NCBI GenBank assembly: GCA_963977015.1 | Contig: CAXBMO010000004.1 | Span: 320,001 to 384,000 of the forward strand | Direction of reading: 5' to 3' | Source of the DNA: an uncultured bacterium | GTDB taxonomy: Bacteria; Verrucomicrobiota; Verrucomicrobiia; Verrucomicrobiales; DEV007 | Length of the DNA stretch: 64,000 nt | Shown: piece after piece, positions 58,568 through 64,000 of the stretch | Numbering within the stretch: the stretch's first letter is position 1 | Layout of the letters: each line of letters opens with the position of its first letter | Position numbers and translations under genes: made by a program | Notes under the pieces: model-generated | What the model saw: only the letters and a program-made list of their open reading frames with translations | Told to the model about the DNA's origin: nothing | Databases searched by the model: none

Positions 58568-59943
58568 CCAAGGGCGGGAGGCGCGAAACCTTCCCGGTAG
58601 CTGCGGGACAGAATCGTGTTGTTCGCTTCTTCATGATTGGTGAAGCGGTAGTTCGCTCCGTCCCAACGCAATTCCTGTCCCGGATAACGTGTCGCTTTCG
58701 TCGCGAGCAAAGCGGGCTCGGTAATCCGGGTTCCGATATCAAACGGGGTCCACAGCGGCTTCTCGTTTCCGAGGCAGCAGTCGGCCCAGTCCTTCCAATG
58801 ATTCCGGGGAGCGACTTCCGGTTTTGGCTCATCTTCAACCAGCTTTCCGTTGCGGTAGATCTCCATCATTCCACCCGGCTCCAGCAAGAGCGCTCCCTCT
58901 TCGCAAACGATCATGGTGCAACTGCCCTTGATTCCCGAAACCGGCAGGCCCAGCGCCGCGAACGAAGGCCGAACGCCACTGTCATTGTATTGCACGGTGA
59001 ACTTCTTCCGGGCGAATCCTTCGCCGCCAGCATAGGTCAGCGTGCTGAGGTTGTATCCCGAATGCCCATCCCCTGCGGCCTTGATCGTGTTGGTCTGGAC
59101 CGCTTCCGGCGACGGCAGATCGTAGGCGAAATATAATACATCCAGAAGGTGGCAACCCCAGTCGGCCAACATCCCACCGCCCGTCTCCCAATAGGAGCGC
59201 CAGCGGCGCGGCGCCATGTCTTCACTGTAATTCATCGCCTTCGTCAGCGGACCATTCCAGAGGTCCCAGTTCATCGTCTCCGGCACGGGCTTGGCCTCGG
59301 GAAGGGAACTCCACGGATCCACAAAGTAGGTGCCGTATTTCATTCCCCCCGTCCAGATAAAGGCTTCCACGGGACGCCCCAATTGGTTCGACTTCAGAAT
59401 CTCGACCGCCTGCATCCGTCCGTTGGTGCAGGCCCGCTGATTGCCCATTTGCGTGAACAGGCTGGGATTCGCGGCGAGTGCTTCGCGGATCAATCGCAAC
59501 TCGTCGAGCTGATGGACGAGCGGCTTCTGCCCGTAAACATGCTTTCCGTGATTCAGCGCCGTCACCATCATGGGGGCGTGATGGAAGTCCGGTGTATCGA
59601 CAATCACCGCGTCAAACTCATCGACGCGATCCGCAAACGCTTCCCGGTAATCGGCAACCCGAAACGTGTCCGGGTGATCCGTGTCGACTTTGCTGAACGC
59701 GGTCGCGTCAACGTCACAAAACCCGGCAAACTCGACCATGGGATGTCCCTTGAGCCCGTTTCGCTGCATCCCGCCAATTCCGCCAACGCCAATCTGGAAA
59801 ATGCGAAGTCGGCTGTTCTTGTTCGTCGCCGCGCGAAGGGTCGCGGATGGCATCGCCGCAGCGGCCGCACCCACGACTGCACTGGTTTTGAGAAATTGGC
59901 GACGACTTGAGGAAAGGGAATTCGTAGGGGTTTCCGAGTTCAT
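58564..59943 (-). CDS. Tat-exported Gfo/Idh/MocA oxidoreductase
   Basis: ATG 59943; SRRQFLK; IGVGGIG; TPDFHH; KHVYGQKPL; WDLW.GP; DWGCH. Confidence 0.9.
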   Translation of the reverse strand: MNSETPTNSLSSSRRQFLKTSAVVGAAAAAMPSATLRAATNKNSRLRIFQIGVGGIGGMQRNGLKGHPMVEFAGFCDVDATAFSKVDTDHPDTFRVADYREAFADRVDEFDAVIVDTPDFHHAPMMVTALNHGKHVYGQKPLVHQLDELRLIREALAANPSLFTQMGNQRACTNGRMQAVEILKSNQLGRPVEAFIWTGGMKYGTYFVDPWSSLPEAKPVPETMNWDLWNGPLTKAMNYSEDMAPRRWRSYWETGGGMLADWGCHLLDVLYFAYDLPSPEAVQTNTIKAAGDGHSGYNLSTLTYAGGEGFARKKFTVQYNDSGVRPSFAALGLPVSGIKGSCTMIVCEEGALLLEPGGMMEIYRNGKLVEDEPKPEVAPRNHWKDWADCCLGNEKPLWTPFDIGTRITEPALLATKATRYPGQELRWDGANYRFTNHEEANNTILSRSYREGFAPPALG

Positions 59944-60028
59944 AGACACCCAGTCTAGAACGCAATTTTTGCGCATGCTACCCGAAACCACGATTTTACT
60001 CGGGAGCCAGTGCTTCGGCCTTTGCCGC

Positions 60029-62143
60029 CTATTTGACGTCCATTTCCAACTCGCGGGCGAGGAAACTCCACTTATCGACAATCTCCTCGATCTGCTTCGA
60101 CGTCGGCTTGCCCGCCCCGTGACCAGCCTTGGTTTCAATGCGCATGAGAACCGGTTCTTCGCCGATTTGGACGTGTTGAAGCGCCGCGCCGAATTTGAAA
60201 CTGTGAGCCGGAAAAACGCGATCATCGTGATCGGCAGTGGTGATCAACGTCGCGGGATACGCGACGGCTGACTGCACCCGGTGATAGGGCGAATACTCCA
60301 ACAATGCCGGGAACTCGTCCGCGTTGTCGGGATCGCCAAAGTCTTCGGTCCAGGCCCAACCAATCGTAAACTTGTGAAAGCGCAGCATGTCGAAAACCCC
60401 GACTTGAGCAATCGCAGCTCCATACAGTTCCGGACGTTGATTGATGCAGGCCCCAACCAGCAACCCGCCATTGCTTCCACCTCCGATCGCCAGCTTCTCG
60501 GTCTTGGTATAACCTTCCGAAATCAGAAACTCCGCCGCAGCCTGAAAGTCATCAAAAACATTCTGCTTCTGATCCTTGGTTCCGGCCAAGTGCCAGGCTT
60601 CACCATACTCTCCCCCACCCCGCAGGTTTGCGACCGCATAGACGCCTCCCATCTCCAACCACGTGGCAATGGATGTCGAATAGTAGGGCGTGAGGGATAT
60701 GTTGAACCCGCCGTAGCCATATAAATAGGTGGGATGACTCCCATCGAGTTCCAGATCCTTCCGGCAGGTCACGAACATCGGGATCTTCGTTCCATCGTTG
60801 CTTGGATAAAACACCTGGCGGGTCTCGAAAAGGTCCGCCTCGAAATCGACGTCGGGCTTCGCAAACAATTCGCTGGTTCCCGATTCGATCTTGTAGCGGT
60901 GAACCGACCCCGGCTCCGTATAGCCCGAATAGTAGTAGAACAGATCCCGGGTATCTCGTTTCCCTCCAAATCCCCAGATGGACCCCACGCCGGGAAGCTT
61001 GATCTTCTTCACCAGGTTTCCAGACAAATCATGGACCTGAACCCGCGCCAGAACGTCGACCATGTAGGTCGCGTAAAGGTGATTCCCAATCAGGTTCACA
61101 TCGTCGAGCGGATAGTCCGACTCCGGCAGGATTTCTTTGGGCGCCTGATCCGGATTCTCCGTATCAATGGAGATCACGCGTCCATTGGGCGCATTCAGAT
61201 TGGTCTTGAAATAGAATATGGCGCCATCGTTTCCAAGGATGCTGTATTCGTCTTCAATGTCCGGAATCAATTCCACAAACGGCGCCTCGGCTCCAGCCTC
61301 CAGATCCCGGTAAATCAGCGCATTCTTGTCTCCAGAAGATTCCCAGACGGAAAGGGTCAGATACTTCCCATCCTCGGTGACCCACGATGAAAAGCCCCAC
61401 TTCGAATGATCCGGACGCTCATAGACAAGTTGATCATCCGCCTGGGCATCGCCAACGCGGTGAAAGTAGACTTTCTGGTTGAGGTTCACCGCCTCCAGTT
61501 CCTCCTCGTTCTCAATTTCCGGATACCGGCTGTAGTAGAATCCGCTCCCATCACGAGCCCACGACGCTCCGGAAAACTTGATCCATTCGAGGTGGTCGTC
61601 GAGATCTTTCGCGGTCTCGACATCGCGAACCTTCCACGTCATCCAATCCGATCCAGCTTCGGAAAGTCCGTAGGCCAGATACTTCCCGTCATCGCTTACA
61701 CTCCAACCGGAAAGCGACACCGTCCCATCTTCCGAGAGCGTGTTCGGATCGAGAAGAAGCTGGAGTTCCGCTCCCGGCGCATCTTCCTGCCAAAACAAGA
61801 TCGACTGATTTTGAAGCCCGGTCTTCCGGGTATAAAACAGACGGTTTCCGACCTTGCGCGGCAGACCGTATTTATCGTAGTCCCACAACTCGGTGAGCCG
61901 CTTCTCGATCCATTCGCGGCCGGGAGCTTCCGCGAAATAGGAATCGGCCAGTTCGTTCTGAGCCGCGACCCAGGCCTTGGTTTCCTCGGAATCGACGTCT
62001 TCCAGCCAACGATACGGATCGGCCACACGTCGCCCGTGGATTTCATCGATGTGCTCCAGCCGTGTCGCGTCCGGATAATTCCAAGTTTGTGCCATCAGGG
62101 TAACTGGAGCCAGGAAACCGAGTATCACAGGGGCTAATTTCAT
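60029..62143 (-). CDS. Prolyl oligopeptidase (S9A), secreted
   Basis: DPYRWLED, YGYGGF, NLRGGGEYG, GGSNGG, ADHDDRV, AGHGAG. Confidence 0.95.
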   Translation of the reverse strand: MKLAPVILGFLAPVTLMAQTWNYPDATRLEHIDEIHGRRVADPYRWLEDVDSEETKAWVAAQNELADSYFAEAPGREWIEKRLTELWDYDKYGLPRKVGNRLFYTRKTGLQNQSILFWQEDAPGAELQLLLDPNTLSEDGTVSLSGWSVSDDGKYLAYGLSEAGSDWMTWKVRDVETAKDLDDHLEWIKFSGASWARDGSGFYYSRYPEIENEEELEAVNLNQKVYFHRVGDAQADDQLVYERPDHSKWGFSSWVTEDGKYLTLSVWESSGDKNALIYRDLEAGAEAPFVELIPDIEDEYSILGNDGAIFYFKTNLNAPNGRVISIDTENPDQAPKEILPESDYPLDDVNLIGNHLYATYMVDVLARVQVHDLSGNLVKKIKLPGVGSIWGFGGKRDTRDLFYYYSGYTEPGSVHRYKIESGTSELFAKPDVDFEADLFETRQVFYPSNDGTKIPMFVTCRKDLELDGSHPTYLYGYGGFNISLTPYYSTSIATWLEMGGVYAVANLRGGGEYGEAWHLAGTKDQKQNVFDDFQAAAEFLISEGYTKTEKLAIGGGSNGGLLVGACINQRPELYGAAIAQVGVFDMLRFHKFTIGWAWTEDFGDPDNADEFPALLEYSPYHRVQSAVAYPATLITTADHDDRVFPAHSFKFGAALQHVQIGEEPVLMRIETKAGHGAGKPTSKQIEEIVDKWSFLARELEMDVK

Positions 62144-62246
62144 ACGCTGTCACCGGTATACGGATGGACCGAGCTTCGCAAACACAACCCCGACCTGGGT
62201 TTTTTGCCAGATCGCTTTTCTCCCGGTCTCCCGACCTCGGATTCGA

Positions 62247-62633
62247 TTAGAGATGCTTGCTCAGCTTGTCGACGAGGACCGTTTTGGGCACCGCTCCCTT
62301 AATCTCCTCAACCACTTTGCCGTCCTTGAAAATCTTGAGATTGGGGATCGAGCGAATGCGATAGGATCTTGCCAGCGTTTTCTGTTGATCGATATTCACC
62401 TTCCCCACAATCAGCTTCCCATCATACTCAGCAGCGAGCTCTTCGATCGCCGGAGCAATCCGCTTGCAGGGACCACACCACGCAGCCCAGAAGTCGATCA
62501 AGACCGGCTGACCACTGGCGAGGATCTCGTCAATATTCTCCGCGGTGATGGTAATCGGCTTGCTGGATTCCTCAGCAAAGGAGAGCAGCGGAAGAACAAA
62601 GACGGATGCGATGAGTAGTAATTTCGAATTCAT
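62247..62633 (-). CDS. Thioredoxin with N-terminal signal peptide
   Basis: DFWAAWCGPCK; IRSIP; hydrophobic leader. Confidence 0.92.
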   Translation of the reverse strand: MNSKLLLIASVFVLPLLSFAEESSKPITITAENIDEILASGQPVLIDFWAAWCGPCKRIAPAIEELAAEYDGKLIVGKVNIDQQKTLARSYRIRSIPNLKIFKDGKVVEEIKGAVPKTVLVDKLSKHL

Positions 62634-62700
62634 AGGTAGAGATGCACCCTTGGACGTTTTAGACGAAAAATCCTGACAAACTTCCGAAAGTTTTTGCCAT

Positions 62701-63603
62701 TCACGCCTCGTTGGCAGCGCGTTCGATCACGCGGGTCGCGACGGTCTGGAGACCGGTGTGCTCAAAGTAGTTCGTCGTCATGTCGAGAAACGCGCCGAGA
62801 TAGTCGAGCTTGTCGTCCGAAACCTCAATGAACTGCTGCAGCTTTCCAACAACGCTTTCCCGTGAGAGCGCTGAATTGCTGGCAAAGTCGCTCAACTTTC
62901 CCGATGCGGCGTCGAAGGCATTTTTCACGAATTCAACCGACCCGAAGCCGGACGGGATAAACCCCTTGATGCGCCGGAACGTGGCGTTCTCTTCCAAGCC
63001 GCCTTCGGTCAATTTCTGAACCTGATCGCCACATTTGTCGATGAAGTCAGGCCCGAGAGGCACCAGCCCGTCAAACGCAACCAAGGCGGCGATCCGAATT
63101 TTTGATTCCTTGCTGTATTCTCCCAACGCCGCCGCAAAATCTCCGATGCCATCTCCGGGAATTCCATTGAGCTTCACATAGGCAAGCAACTCGGAAACCA
63201 ACTTCACCGTCAGGTCGATGGTTTGCGTGGTATCCGCGCTTGGGGTAAGGCGATCGAGAAATTTGAGCAGGCTCATCTTTCCTGCTAACTTGTCGGCCAA
63301 TGCGGCGGTGCCGAACAACTTGTCCGAGCTATCGACACGCTGATAGATTTTGAATGCCTTTTGATAGCCCTCACTCTTGTCCTCATAGATTTCGATCGAC
63401 TTCTTGCGTACATCCGCGAGAAACGATTCATCGGTGTCGTTCGTCACCTTGCGCATCAACTCGTCAAAATCCGTAATGTTCTCCCACTCACCGGGAGCGA
63501 CGAAATCGAGCGCCTTCAACGCGCGAACGGTGATGTTTTTCTCAGGCAGCTTATCGACATAATCGTCGATGCTCTTGTCTTCAAACAGTCCAAAAAAGGC
63601 CAT
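62701..63603 (-). CDS. Conserved-looking hypothetical helical protein
   Basis: 300-aa ORF with normal codon pattern; LPEKNITV..L.ALDF..PG.W.N, DGLVPLGPDF, TNYFEHTG.QTVA. Confidence 0.75.
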   Translation of the reverse strand: MAFFGLFEDKSIDDYVDKLPEKNITVRALKALDFVAPGEWENITDFDELMRKVTNDTDESFLADVRKKSIEIYEDKSEGYQKAFKIYQRVDSSDKLFGTAALADKLAGKMSLLKFLDRLTPSADTTQTIDLTVKLVSELLAYVKLNGIPGDGIGDFAAALGEYSKESKIRIAALVAFDGLVPLGPDFIDKCGDQVQKLTEGGLEENATFRRIKGFIPSGFGSVEFVKNAFDAASGKLSDFASNSALSRESVVGKLQQFIEVSDDKLDYLGAFLDMTTNYFEHTGLQTVATRVIERAANEA

Positions 63604-63633
63604 GGGTTTTGCGCTTAAGGGTTTGGGTAGGAA

Positions 63634-64000
63634 TTAGAATCCGGCCAGGTCGTCGAGCTGGAATCGGAAGAGCCAATCCTTGCGGTCGGATTCTGAAATC
63701 GTTCCGGAAAGGGATCGCACCTGAACCTGGAACCGGTTTCCGACCAGGGCGGCGGTTCCGGAATCACCCCGGGGGATAATCGGGTAACCCGAAACCTGTT
63801 CGGTGGACGCTTTAAATTTCTCAATCGCTTCGGTATCACCATTGAGATCGGAAATTGCAAACGTCGCCATTTCCTCCTCGCCCTTCTTCAAGGTAGCCTG
63901 CGCGAACCCCTTCTTTTCGGTGGTAACCGTGACGGTGAATCCATCGCGATCTGCTGGAAAAATGTCGTTAAACTTGTCCCCTTTGATCACGAGGGGTTCC
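63634..64000 (-). CDS. Hypothetical protein, 3' part (start beyond window)
   Basis: Frame is open to the window edge; FN..FP...G......EKKGFA.A.LKK, RFQVQVRS; co-oriented with the next gene. Confidence 0.7.
   Translation of the reverse strand, partial: EPLVIKGDKFNDIFPADRDGFTVTVTTEKKGFAQATLKKGEEEMATFAISDLNGDTEAIEKFKASTEQVSGYPIIPRGDSGTAALVGNRFQVQVRSLSGTISESDRKDWLFRFQLDDLAGF

Overview
GC-rich bacterial chromosomal window. The gene content (Tat substrates, sulfatase, DUF1080, SHD1 and LamG domains, A/C-rich leaders with few obvious Shine-Dalgarno sites) suggests a PVC-group organism, probably Verrucomicrobiota; this is inference only. Housekeeping genes (rsmH partial, gyrB, rarA, rpmJ type B, dcd, tolB-pal, ptsN-like, argS) are interspersed with secreted carbohydrate and peptide enzymes, an RND efflux operon and an alpha-2-macroglobulin/pbpC/HNH operon. 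I found no rRNA, tRNA, CRISPR array, integrase or transposase. Features the ORF track misses or misreads: (1) an Rdx/SelW-type selenoprotein gene (CxxU, in-frame UGA plus SECIS-like hairpin) at 12541-12765; (2) the 5' part of rsmH at the left edge; (3) an 83-bp duplication of the rarA 3' end flanking an antitoxin and an internally deleted ParE-like toxin, followed by an MNT-HEPN pair; (4) a GTAG-type REP doublet with compensatory stem changes; (5) a heptamer tandem array upstream of the macroglobulin operon. The best candidate for an undescribed system is 31021-36336. There, a degenerate NtrC-like regulator is divergent from three secreted proteins. One of them is a 708-aa protein with six spaced copies of the MFP/TolC-type helical-hairpin tip motif, and it is followed by a trypsin-like protease. 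Next to this locus is a receptor-like metallophosphoesterase-TM-LamG protein. All family assignments come from motif recognition by eye, not database searches.
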